Source: Phoronis australis (Eukaryota > Animalia > Phoronida). From it: DNA of 64,000 bases. The position numbers and the translations under genes are program-made. Below the pieces are notes generated by a model, which had not been told where the DNA came from, ran no database searches, and saw only the letters and a program-made list of their open reading frames with translations. Of this stretch, positions 51,736 through 62,711 are shown piece after piece; within the stretch, counting starts at the first letter, position 1; each line of letters starts with the position of its first letter. The stretch covers positions 380,995-444,994 of the forward strand of contig NMRA01000199.1 of the NCBI GenBank assembly GCA_002633005.1, given 5' to 3'.

Positions 51736-52844
51736 CATAGGCGGATTTAGGGGGGGGGGCCAGGGGGCCCGGGCCCCCCCCCCCTTGGCTGCCGCAAAAA
51801 AAATAAAACAGTAACAGCGTAGGGAAATGGTGAGTTTATTAATTAACCCCGGTAATTAAAATTATACGGATGAAAAAAGATTTAAATGCGTGCAGTTTTA
51901 GTGTTTGGGGGGGGGGGGNNNNNNNNNNNNNNNNNNNNNNNNNNNNNNNNNNNNNNNNNNNNNNNNNNNNNNNNNNNNNNNNNNNNNNNNNNNNNNNNNN
52001 NNNNNNNNNNNNNNNNNNNNNNNNNNNNNNNNNNNNNNNNNNNNNNNNNNNNNNNNNNNNNNNNNNNNNNNNNNNNNNNNNNNNNNNNNNNNNNNNNNNN
52101 NNNNNNNNNNNNNNNNNNNNNNNNNNNNNNNNNNNNNNNNNNNNNNNNNNNNNNNNNNNNNNNNNNNNNNNNNNNNNNNNNNNNNNNNNNNNNNNNNNNN
52201 NNNNNNNNNNNNNNNNNNNNNNNNNNNNNNNNNNNNNNNNNNNNNNNNNNNNNNNNNNNNNNNNNNNNNNNNNNNNNNNNNNNNNNNNNNNNNNNNNNTC
52301 TCTTTGTCAAACCTTATCTTAAGACGATTTCCAAAGCAATCCCGTCATTATTGCCAACACGAAAAACGGATTTGGTCTTTTGGGCATTTGAAGACTATTT
52401 TAAATACGACAAATTTGTTAAGAATTCATGGCACAAAACATAAAACGAATAATAAGCAGTACGAAAAGAAGTAGGTTTCGCGCGCAAACGCTGTGGTCCA
52501 TAAACAAGAAGGCCTCTTATCATAGTATCAGTAGCTAAATCGTGGTGGTGTAGAGGTAACGCACGCGCACGCTATCCGTCGGGTCGTGAGTTCGAATCTT
52601 TGGTACGTTCAGTTTTTTCTGTTCGACACGTTTTCTTTTTTTATTTTTCCTTTTTTTCTTGGATAATACTTCAGGAATCAAGGAAAATGCTTCATTTTTA
52701 GAGGTAAAAACAGAAAAATTTCCTGAGCGGGAGGGGGGCAAACCCCCCTCCCGACCTCCCCCCATTCGGTGCTATGCGCACAAATGCTTACAGCCGGACA
52801 AAATGTTGGGCCCCCCCCCTTGTGATATCCTAGATCCGCCACTG
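51736..52844. mobile_element. MITE family member spanning a gap, with an internal tRNA-like A/B-box segment
   Basis: Ends are CATAGGCGGATTTAGG ... CCTAGATCCGCCACTG, with TTTTT on both sides. Continuity across the gap is assumed. Confidence 0.6.
51919..52298. other. Assembly gap (N run)
   Basis: Run of n after a G homopolymer. Confidence 1.
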
Positions 52845-53394
52845 TTTTTTAATGTTAATTACGAAATCTTCAATACAATGAATATACATAACCCAGAAAG
52901 CGCCAAGAGGCATTATATCTGGGATAAATAAATACAAAGAAATCCGCAATTATACACAAATACATAAAATAAATTAAAGAAAACTGATGTTAAGATTACA
53001 ATGACATATGATTACGAATGTAAATAAATCATTTTCATACACATGTTTAAATTCTATCCCCTCACAGAAAGAGATTTAATATTATAAAGAAATTTTGATA
53101 CTATTTCGAATAAGACCTTATTTTCATTTGGGTTGAGTTCTTAACATGTATATAGAAAAAATATCTTGTTGTACAATTGCGGAATTTCAAATATTTTTTG
53201 TCAACATTGGGGTATTGTTCGAGTGTCTAGAAAAGCTGTACCCTCTGCTCCATGGATACATCACAAGCAAATAAAACATGAGCATTTGTCTGAGTGTCTC
53301 CACAGAAATATCTTGAGATGTATAGGATTATTTCATGGTTGCCAGGAAGTTGGAATGATGTCAGTGGGAGTGGCAAGTTTTGAGTAGTGGTATG

Positions 53395-53905
53395 CTTTTA
53401 AAGTTTTTTTTTGAGAGTAACGATTGAAGTGCTTTCTTTTATTTTGGTTGGTAAGGAATTCCAGTTGTCAATGCAAGTTAAAATCGTAGATCTCCTGAAA
53501 GCTTGGCTGAGGGAAGATGGAATAGTGCACTTTGCAGCAGTCTTGGTCTCTTGTTAAGTCTTTCGTAGGAGTCAAAGAGGATTTTGTTTTAGTAATTGTT
53601 TATGTTGGTTAAGGCTTTGAATGTATACATGGACAAGTGGAGTTTACGACGGGTTGCCAGTTTGCTCCACTTGAGACTATTTAAGACCTTGATTGTGTTG
53701 GAACCTTTGTATGCTCCTGTTATGGCTAAAGCTGCTTAGTATTGTAGTCTTTCTAATTGAAGAAGTATGCCAGTGTTTGACGATTGGTAGATTATGTCAC
53801 AGTAATCTAGATGTGGAAGTACAAAAGATTTGAACAGAGTTTCATGATGCATGGAGTTGAGATGACGAGAGACAAAACGGTATTTTCTCACTAAATGTAA
53901 GACAA
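53395..53905 (-). mobile_element. CR1/L2-group LINE, C-terminal ORF2 fragment (possibly part of an internally deleted element ~52860-54830)
   Basis: TLFKSFVLPHLDYCDIIY..LERLQY*AALAITGAYKGSNT.KVLNSLKWSKL..RRKLH ... WNSLP is a typical post-RT region. A weak APE-start-like ITIRH*N lies at ~53990-54015. Confidence 0.85.
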
Positions 53906-54954
53906 ATCTGCAACGATGGTCGAGTCCCCAAGGCTCTCTGTAGCTGACCTCACTGTGTTGTAAAGGAGGGGTACCGATCAATCCTTAACGATTTTAGTGC
54001 CTAATTGTTATTTCACAGTTGGCAAAACAATCATTCATCTTTCCATTCGTGTTCGTGGAAGATCAGAACAACTAAACTAGCTCTGAGTCAATTCAGAAAT
54101 GGATCGAAGAATCGGGTGAAGCTTCGGTCAGATCAATGGTATGAGAATGAGATGGAAACCCTCTAGGTGATGTTCGATCGGTAGCACACTGAGATGGCGT
54201 TGGTACAAGATTGGTGAACAACCGTCGGGTCCATAGAGGTCGTTGCCGGTTAATCAATCAAAGTAAACCGAGAGAGATTATAACAGTGGGGATATCAGCA
54301 GCCGTAAAATGGTTACCTGAGAAAATACAAGGTAATGGAACAATTTGCCTTACTATCCGCGGTCGTCTCTCTTGACCACTTGATCTTCCGAGACACACAA
54401 TACCTTAGAGAAAAATACCCATCCCGGCGTGTCTGAGGTACACTCGCACTAACTCTTGCAACGGGAGAATCCCCGGGGTCAACCACCACCTGATGTCAAC
54501 TTTTTTAGAATGGAGTCATTATATCTTACGTAGATTATCTCCTCACGTAACCAGATGCGATATTTTTGGACCAAAAGAGCATGGCGCTGTCTTTCATCAA
54601 AAGCAATATCTACGGACTATTTCTGCTGTTGATAACTATTTTTCTGAGTATTCCTCCCTTTCCCATTAATTTCCCTTTGTGGAACTAATTCTGAGCGCAC
54701 TCAAGAGAATTATCGTTGAACTGTATAGGTGAGCCGACTCGCCGTGTTAAAGACGGTTTCGCCACCTGGTGACTGGTGTAGCCTTGCTAAATGCCTAAAG
54801 AAGACAGTACTGTCTTCCTGGTCACTAGAAGGTCTGTGTAATTTGTGGTTCCAAAAGAATGAACTAATTCGTTAGTTATCGCCAATATAATTTGTCATTT
54901 TTAAGTTCTTTCGATTGTCACAGAAGCCATGCAATATCAGTATAACATACTTAC

Positions 54955-54961
54955 TGATCAT
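54955..54961 (-). CDS. First coding micro-exon (ATG ATC A) of PHYHIP-like copy 3
   Basis: GAAACA-ATGATCA|GTAAGT, phase 1, giving MIRQSHLEQLL. TATAAAA on the minus strand at 55048-55042 (GATAAAA in copies 1 and 2). Confidence 0.75.
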
Positions 54962-56715
54962 TGTTTCAACTAGTGGTGTCGCTGCGTCTGAAGTTAGACT
55001 GTTCTGAAAGAAATAACGAAACAAAAATATCAAGCTTTTGTTTTTATAAATTGAAACGTTAGATTCGCCTACATTGTTGACGATTGCCTTACCACTGATA
55101 TTTCACTGATTACACGGCAACACGGAGGGCGGGGCGTAGACGTAATAGAGGTGCAAGCGACCTATGATTTTCAACTTTCGGAGGAGCGAAAGTCAACTAG
55201 CAATCAGGAGAAGGGAGAGAAAAGGTCGCTAAGCAAAAATAGAGAAGCAAGTTTATTTTCCTGATCGCTCTACGATTTTCTAGAATAGATGTAATAGTTA
55301 ATAACCTACTTTGGGGCAAACAAAAGTACATAAAACGCTTTGGTGTTTCATTCTCCTATGTTTCGCAATCTATGCATCTTTGAGTCTTACTTGTTCGTAA
55401 TTTTATTGAAAGTACATTTTGTCATGCTTAGCTCTTTAAAAACGAAAACCAAGTTAGGCCTTCTGCTATCGGTCTCGTGGCATTTCTTAAACACAACAAT
55501 GCGCGTGTAATAATTAGTGCTCTTTTGAAGTTTTTTCGATTTTGTCACAATTACTTGATATCCCGTTGAGCGCTTGGAATTCGCATTTTGTTTTAAAGCT
55601 GACAGTGGTATTTAATACTTTCAAATACGAAGAAGGAAAATAGTGAAAGCAGAGTCAATTGCTGGAAACACGAGTAGTCACTGTTTTTAGCTAACATATA
55701 TAAGACATCAGCTGAATTTTTTGACAAAATTCTTAATGTTTTATTGTTAGCATATTTTCTTACCTTATTTTTGTTAGAACTCTCCGCTTCACTCTTTACG
55801 TGGACGAGATTGTATTTCCTAGAAGGTGTCTTTCTAAGAATAAGCTCATTCCTAATATGGAACTCATTAATATTAATTTCTCTCTGAAACGAGGCTTGTA
55901 ACGTAGGAATTCGTCACCTAAGGCTAAGATCGATGAGTTGTTACAATGACCCTAAAAATCTCATCTCTTGGTCATTGGTCAGTGAAAAACACAGATCACA
56001 GGAACTGATGATAAGCCTACCACAGTTGGTAGAAGGTCAAAGTTACAACAATGAGTCCCACAATATCTTTAAAAGCAGTTCAGTCAAAAATCACGAATAA
56101 CAACGGTATGAAAAAAATCATTAAATAAATGTAATCTTAAATCGAAGTTGTTGGGTATGTGGTTGTAGCCTTAACCGTATCTCGTCGCCCAAGACTGTCT
56201 AATTGAACATCTCTCACAAGGTGAGGAACGCCACCGTCGTGCCGGGATGTTCTTCTCTGACGACAATGAGTTTACACAGAATTCCAAATCTGGGAGTCCA
56301 AAGTTTCAAAAAAAATGACCACACATGTCTTGTTTCACCAGCACTGGCGGTCTGCCAGTACGGCTGCGCCATGTAGATTCACCCATCTAATTACCCAGTG
56401 AAGTGGATATAAAAGGGCCATTGACGAAACATAAACCGTTTGTTTATTCAATTACTAACTCCAAAATGGAAGTCTATACTAACGTGTTGGAAACTGGATA
56501 CAGAAACATTTTGACAATAAAAATTGCAACCTTCATACTAGTGATGTGAGCATCGACTTTTAGTCTAAAAAGTCGAACATAGAGGTGAAGTTTTCACCAG
56601 CAATGTCTGGTTTTCCAACCAACTACAAAGTCCGAATGTGCACGTGTGTGCGTGCGTGCGTGCGCAATTGTTTCGCTCTTGGCGGACTATCACACATTTT
56701 GATTTTTCCGCCTTC

Positions 56716-56891
56716 TCATTTAATTGTGATTTCTCGCGACATAGTTTTCCTGTTCGACTGAAAAGAAAAACACGCCGTAGGGCGTGGCCTTTAGTGTAAA
56801 AATCATTTAATTGTGATTTCTCGCGACATAGTTTTCCTGTTCGACTAAAAAGAAAAACACGCCGTAGGGCGTGGCCTTTAGTGTAAAAATC
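56716..56891. repeat. Recent 87-bp tandem duplication
   Basis: Two near-identical units start at 56716 and 56803. Confidence 0.92.
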
Positions 56892-57234
56892 GTTTATGTG
56901 CTTTGTTTATGTAGAAATCATTAGATTGCGTTGAAATAAATCAAAATCGTAACCTCAGAATTATTTTTTCTCTCTTTTTTGGATTTGCGTGCACCATTCG
57001 CGTCATCCCTGTTATGTATGTAACAAATCAAATCCCCAAAGAACTCCAAAATGTGTATTTCACCATAGCTACACATACATGTACATTACAGTTCAGTTCG
57101 AACATGCATACGCTCAATACATAGTTGCCAAAGAAAGAATGAAACACACCCTTCTCTGAAGCATGTTGCTAGCGAAGTGTCCGACGCATACAGCCGAGGT
57201 GGTTTAGCAAAACCAGGTTTATCACTTAAACCTG

Positions 57235-57386
57235 GGCCGAGTTGCATAAAGCTTCAAAAGTTACCCGCTGGATAAGTTTAATTGTTACATGACATCTGGT
57301 GCATTGTTCAACAATAACAACGTGGCGCGTGATCATGTGACGTCATTGTTGCTATATACGGCGTATAACTTTTATGCAATTGGGCC
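57235..57386. mobile_element. Harbinger-type MITE, CTG TSD, nested in an older AAACCAGG-rich MITE
   Basis: CTG|GGCCGAGTTGCATAAA...TTTATGCAATTGGGCC|CTG. Related copies at 58450-58599, ~10670-10785 and ~46530-46615. Confidence 0.8.
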
Positions 57387-58449
57387 CTGGTCTTCCTAAA
57401 CCTGGTCTAAGTTTAGACCTAACTTGCGTTTCACCAATGTGGTTTAAAAGTCTGAAAGCCTAGTTTTGTTAGACCAGGGAGTCGGTTTAGTAAAACCAGG
57501 TTTAAAGTATCTAACCACCCTGCTTTGTCGATCTGGATGAATCCAGCAAAGAAACTATTGAAGTGCTTCAATGAAATCTTGATCACGTGGATATACAATG
57601 GCACACATTAATAGAATCAGTGCAGACATTTGCGAAAAAGGTCTAAAAGCGTTTCTGATGAGGAAAAATGTAATGTCTGTGCCCAACACACGTGCACACA
57701 TTAAAGCACATGCTCACGATTAGCCGCAACATGATAAATGTCAACCTGTCACTAGTTACTCATCCAATAAACCCTGCGTATGCACCGACTCACAAACTCC
57801 ACTGGTACTGTCTCGATGTCCGCGAACACTATTGGGGGTTCAGTGAACCATTTTTGTGAATTTGGTCGCGTGTTTAGTGGTTGGTGAACTATGCATACGA
57901 TACGGGTTGGCTGTGCAAGTACTGCTATTACACTCTGTGTTAAAATCATGTTACAGTATGTTACAGGGAAAAGTTACGTTTCTAGTCTCAGTGTTTGTTC
58001 TACAATCATAAATTAGAAGTTTAGGCCCTACCAACAGGTGTATTTACCTTACTTTCGAAAGAGCACTCGTGCATTTGTGTAGCTAAGTATTTGCGTTAGC
58101 GTGCGTGTGTGCGTGCGGGCTTGCGTGCGTCTGTGCTTGCCTGTGTACAATTGTCCTGCTCTAGGCGGACTGTCGCATTGTTTGATTTTTTCCGACGTCT
58201 CGCCACGATGCCTCGCTTTTGACACAGGTCGAAATTCTCATATACTATTGTAATTTCTCACGCGCCATAGTCATGTTTTACCGTTCGACTACAAAGAAAA
58301 AAAATCGCCGTCGAGCGTCTAAGAGTGTAACGTCGAATATTTCACCTTGCGTTTCGGCATGTTGCCAAATGTCATACTTTTTATCTAGATGTTATGTATG
58401 TCCAGAAGTCCCAGTTTTTCATTCTCAAATGTTGACAACTAAGCAGCAG

Positions 58450-58599
58450 GGCCCGGTTGCATAAAAGTGATACGCTGTATAGCAACAATGACGTCGCATT
58501 ATCACGCGCCACGTCGTTATTGTTGGATAATGCACTTGACGTCATGCAACAATTAAACTTATCCAGCGGATAACTTTTGAAGCTTCATGCAACTCAACC
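58450..58599. mobile_element. Harbinger-type MITE, CAG TSD (inverted copy of 57235-57386)
   Basis: CAG|GGCCCGGTTGCATAAA...TTCATGCAACTCAACC|CAG. Confidence 0.8.
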
Positions 58600-59665
58600 C
58601 AGGTGTTCAAAATAACTTCTGCTATGAATATTTTTTATTTTCCAGTGCTCACGTTCTTTATTAGCATAGCAATCGCAGAAACTTTTTCCAATGTCTGAGT
58701 GATGACCTAATTGCAGCATTACTATGATCTATCCACAGTATAATATTATCTCAAAATCACATAATAGATGTTTCTTGTATATTTTTATCTAACAGAAGAC
58801 CATTGTCTGACAATTTTGGATAAGTAGTTGGAGTAATTAGTTTATCACATTTTTGTAATTGTCACTGCATCCTGAAATTTTACCAGAGAATGTAATTGCA
58901 TAAAACGCCACCAAAGGTCTAATATATAAATTTGTAGTCTTGAGTTAATGACTGATCAAATTCTTCACAACAAATGTGATGCATACATAGTCAGTAATTA
59001 GTACGTGAACTTTTAGATTCTTCTCAGTTTTCTCGAGCGCAAAACTTTCTAGTCTTTTTGTAAAACTGTCAAATCAGAGTCGTTATGAAATGTTGGTGAC
59101 TTCATCATTAATCCAAAGTCCTTGTGCCCGTGTTACATTTACTGTACCTGGTGTTGCACTTTATTTCAATTCTGCATAAAAGGTGTTTTGAAATGTTTAC
59201 GTTTTCGCTTTCCCTATATTCAACATGACACTCTAATTTACTGAAGACGAGAAAATTAATGAAATTCCCAATAAACGAATTTCAACCCAAACCACTGTAA
59301 TCAAAACTCAACCCCAAATCAATTTCTTTCGAAATTACTTTTTTTCCGAAATAAACAGTCTAACATAAGTAAGCCGCCAGGCCTTCTGCAGACCACACAG
59401 TAGCGAAAACCATCGATAAGGTTAATCGCATCAAAGGCTCATGCCCGTCAGTTATCCTAAGACTAGTGTGAGCACCCGCACCCATGGGCACGGGCGCCCG
59501 TCGTCTGGGCATTGTGGTTGTTCCATGTATGATGAGCCCTCCGCGAGGGAATGGTTGAAAACAAAAGACAGGAGATACCGGTTAAAGTGCCATTGGTTTA
59601 TATTTATCTATATATATTAAGCAAAAAGACAACAAGATGAAAGTATTTTAGTATACAGCAAAGCT

Positions 59666-59671
59666 TTTATT
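59666..59671 (-). terminator. Candidate polyadenylation signal (AATAAA) of the globin gene
   Basis: tttatt on the + strand, ~58 nt past the stop codon. Confidence 0.55.
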
Positions 59672-59728
59672 CAAAACAATGCTTAGGTAACGAACACGTC
59701 GTGAGAAAGTGTGTATATGTAACGCAGT

Positions 59729-59857
59729 TTAAAAGCGAGTGAGACCCATTCCCTCAACAAGCACACCAAAGAACTTCCTCCAGGCATCTTCGGTTTCAGC
59801 GTCGAACTTCGATCCCAACTGTCTTTTCAGCATGAAGATCAGGCTGTCAAGAGTTGG
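59729..59857 (-). CDS. Globin exon 3 (G-H helices)
   Basis: Acceptor catttttacag|CCA. Encodes PTLDSLIFMLKRQLGSKFDAETEDAWRKFFGVLVEGMGLTRF* with the AW motif of helix H. Phase 0 (G7.0 intron). Confidence 0.92.
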   Translation of the reverse strand, partial: PTLDSLIFMLKRQLGSKFDAETEDAWRKFFGVLVEGMGLTRF

Positions 59858-60866
59858 CTGTAAAAATGAACAAGTATACGTTAACCACCATGTTTAATCG
59901 TTTTATAGACTGCTTATACATCACGATTGGGCTACGTGCAGAGAACAAATGCATGGTTATCATGCGTGCACCCAGCCTAAAATATAGGGGGGCTCAAATT
60001 TTTGTCAATGTGGGCCTTTTACCAACAAAAACGGGGGACTAAAATAAAACGGGGTACCACGTTCATAGCTATGAGTTGTTCATTCGCGCCTTTTTAGTGG
60101 ACTTTTGTCTCGTTTTCTCTGACTTTTTGTTTCTCTGAGGCGGACCTTTTTGCCCACTTCGCCAGATACTGGGCTCTACACGTTATCTTGTCACGGCGGG
60201 TTATTGTATGGTCTCAAGTAATAAGAAACTTCTGTTTTATTAAGCCCAGAAATCAGCTTTAATTTGCGGACCAACGTTCACGAGTGTGTGAGTTGTGTAG
60301 TCGGGGTGGCGTGGCATCTGTGACTATTTTTGTCATGGGATTCGGCGGTATTTCAACTAGCCGTCTGCACCGCTGATCCACCAGCGAAACTCAAATCTGT
60401 GCCAAAGGTCAAACTTTACTCGAGACTCGATTCGACAATGGAAGACTTCAAGGAGCAACGGCAGATGACAAAAGTCACGTGGCTGTATCAGGGAGTACTT
60501 CGTCTTCGCAGTGGTGAGCATACTTGACTTCGTGGAAAAAAAACTTTTGCATTGTATGTGATCAACGGTGAGGCGTTTTAATTAAAAATAAAATTGCATC
60601 CTCGCCCTCCTGGGTTTTTAGTATCCGATCCACTTGATCAGTCGCCTCCCTGCTGCTGCACAGCCTCACATTGAACAATAGTTTTCAGTAAACTTTTCAA
60701 AATCACATGTGATTGGTCGATGTTCGGCCCGAATCTCGAGTTCAGTTTGCTGGCCTCAGCGCCCCAATGATATATTTTCCATCTTCCTAGAATGTCAGCT
60801 GAGAATAAGTCAAGCTGAGTTAATATATATTTAAAGTCAGTTTTAAAATCAGGTGGATCTACTTAC

Positions 60867-61095
60867 AGCTACGTGCTTGAATGGGTTGACACCATAGCCA
60901 GGGTGCCTGGAGCCAAGGGTCTTCAGATCCTGAAGCATAATTTTTATGTCACCCATCAACTGGTTAACACTGATATCCATCTTTCTCATGACGCGACCAG
61001 CGTGCTGGGGCAAGAAAGGGTGTTTGGCCGGGTCACCACTGTAGTTCCTCAAGAACTTGTACAGGTTAATCATGTCTGGGTACTGCTCGAACATC
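60867..61095 (-). CDS. Globin exon 2 (B13-G6; distal and proximal His)
   Basis: atttcacag|G ATG TTC GAG ... GTA GCT|GTAAGT. Encodes MFEQYPDMINLYKF...PQHAGRVM...LKTLGSRHPGYGV, with Pro C2, His E7, Val E11 and His F8. Confidence 0.93.
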
Positions 61096-61188
61096 CTGTG
61101 AAATAAGTTATTTTTACATCTTAGGAGGTACTGAATCTCTCATTTCATCAAATAGGCAGTACAAAAAGTACTACTCGAAAACATAATA

Positions 61189-61333
61189 CATGGGTGGAGC
61201 ACCTGGGCTATAGCCTCCCTCCCCAAGTATTTCTGTGCTGCGCCGCCCATGAGCACATGAGCTGCGCTCCATAGGGGGCTGGAGGGGCTATACCCCACCC
61301 CCATACACTTATTTCAGTGCTGCGCCGCCCATG
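61189..61333. mobile_element. Two adjacent tiny MITEs (CATGGGCGGCGCA-type) in globin intron 1
   Basis: Both end in TGCTGCGCCGCCCATG. Relatives occur at ~21456-21525 and ~27163-27222. Confidence 0.65.
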
Positions 61334-62549
61334 TTACATGCAGGGAGTTGATAAATCTAAGTAATTATATTCTGATACAGGTGGCACTGGCCAACAAGTC
61401 GTGTACATTTTAAAGTTTATCAATGTACATGTTTTATCCTTATTTATACATTCCATTCCAAAGCATAACATTTATATCAAAACGAAAAAATCAGTTAACT
61501 ATTTAACTTGTGAAATGTGAACAATCAGTATTTTGATGCCGTGTTTATAAAAAACACCACGTGACCAACTCAGTTCCTTCTGTGCTGGGCTCCGTAGACA
61601 CTAAGACACTGGCTAGCACTTGCGGTGAAAAATCTTTGATTGTGGAACAGAAACAGTGAATTCAACACCATAGTTCAACATACTAACCCACTAACCAATC
61701 ATTTCATTGGCCGCCATTTTGGTACGATAGGTCTTAGAAGATCTTGCTGTTCTCGCAAGAAATTTGCTCTTCGGAACGTTATCCTGACTTTGATGCAATA
61801 ATTTGGCGTCACACGCGGATCAAAATCAACAGGTAAAATTTTGTGTGCAGAAACGAACGTAAGCAAAACATCGAAAAACACGAGACCACGTTTCCATCCA
61901 CCATCTACGTAGATTATTTACTTTGGCAAATCATACACTAGTTTTCTACCACGCTATTGCGCAACCGCTACAGATGTCCAGCTCGAAACTGTAGACTTGG
62001 GTTTTCCATTGTTGTTTGCGGGCTATTTTGGTTTTAGAGTCTCAAAATTGGAAAAAATATAGTTAAATAAGCAACTTTTTCCAAAAAATATCCGTTATAA
62101 GAAATGAAAATAGACGGTAATCTTTAAAAAATCATATGAAGTGACATCTATGTAAATCATTAGTTTGGTTCTTCCTTTGGGGTGGAGCTTTTCGTTTTGG
62201 TTTTTGATAACACGAGTTGGAGCTCCTAATTACGTACAATAATATAATGGACGTAACGGAGTTATTTACTGTTTCAATGTGAATTTTTTTATTCGCTTAC
62301 TTTATTTATTCTAGTTGGACGAAACAATGCTCTCTGGACCCCGTTAACTAACAAAGCTCAAACATGCTGTATTTTCAATTGAAACACTTGAGTGGCGTGA
62401 TCATAGATCTACGTTATATTTTAAATATATATATTACAGTCTAATATTCTCCGTTTATCGTTTATAAATTTCTCAGTGACATGATATTTTTTGAAAATGG
62501 TGTTACATCAAACCGCATCAAATTTAAAGAAATATATATATATCAATAC

Positions 62550-62641
62550 CTGGTGAACCACACGAGACCAGCGGCATTCTGGTCGGGAATAGCATGCCAC
62601 GAGTCGTAGACGAGTTTCTTTGCCTTGGCAGTGAGCACCAT
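62550..62641 (-). CDS. Globin exon 1 (A-B helices); the spliced gene 59729-62641 encodes 149 aa
   Basis: CAAA-ATG GTG CTC ACT... encodes MVLTAKAKKLVYDSWHAIPDQNAAGLVWFT-R, with donor AG|GTATTG in phase 2 (B12.2). The SW motif of helix A is present. This exon is not in the ORF track. Confidence 0.92.
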
Positions 62642-62685
62642 TTTGCTGGTCGTTCTGAGTGTGCTGGTGGTTCTCAAGTCTTCGA

Positions 62686-62711
62686 TTTATACAGATGGAG
62701 TTGTGACGTCA
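62686..62711 (-). promoter_or_regulatory. Globin core promoter: TATA box and adjacent palindromic CRE
   Basis: TATAAA on the minus strand at 62691-62686, ~45 nt upstream of the ATG; TGACGTCA at 62704-62711. Confidence 0.55.

Noticed and set aside
61699-61881. ORF in globin intron 1 as the first globin exon
   Set aside because: No A/B-helix pattern or suitable donor; the proper exon 1 is at 62550-62641.
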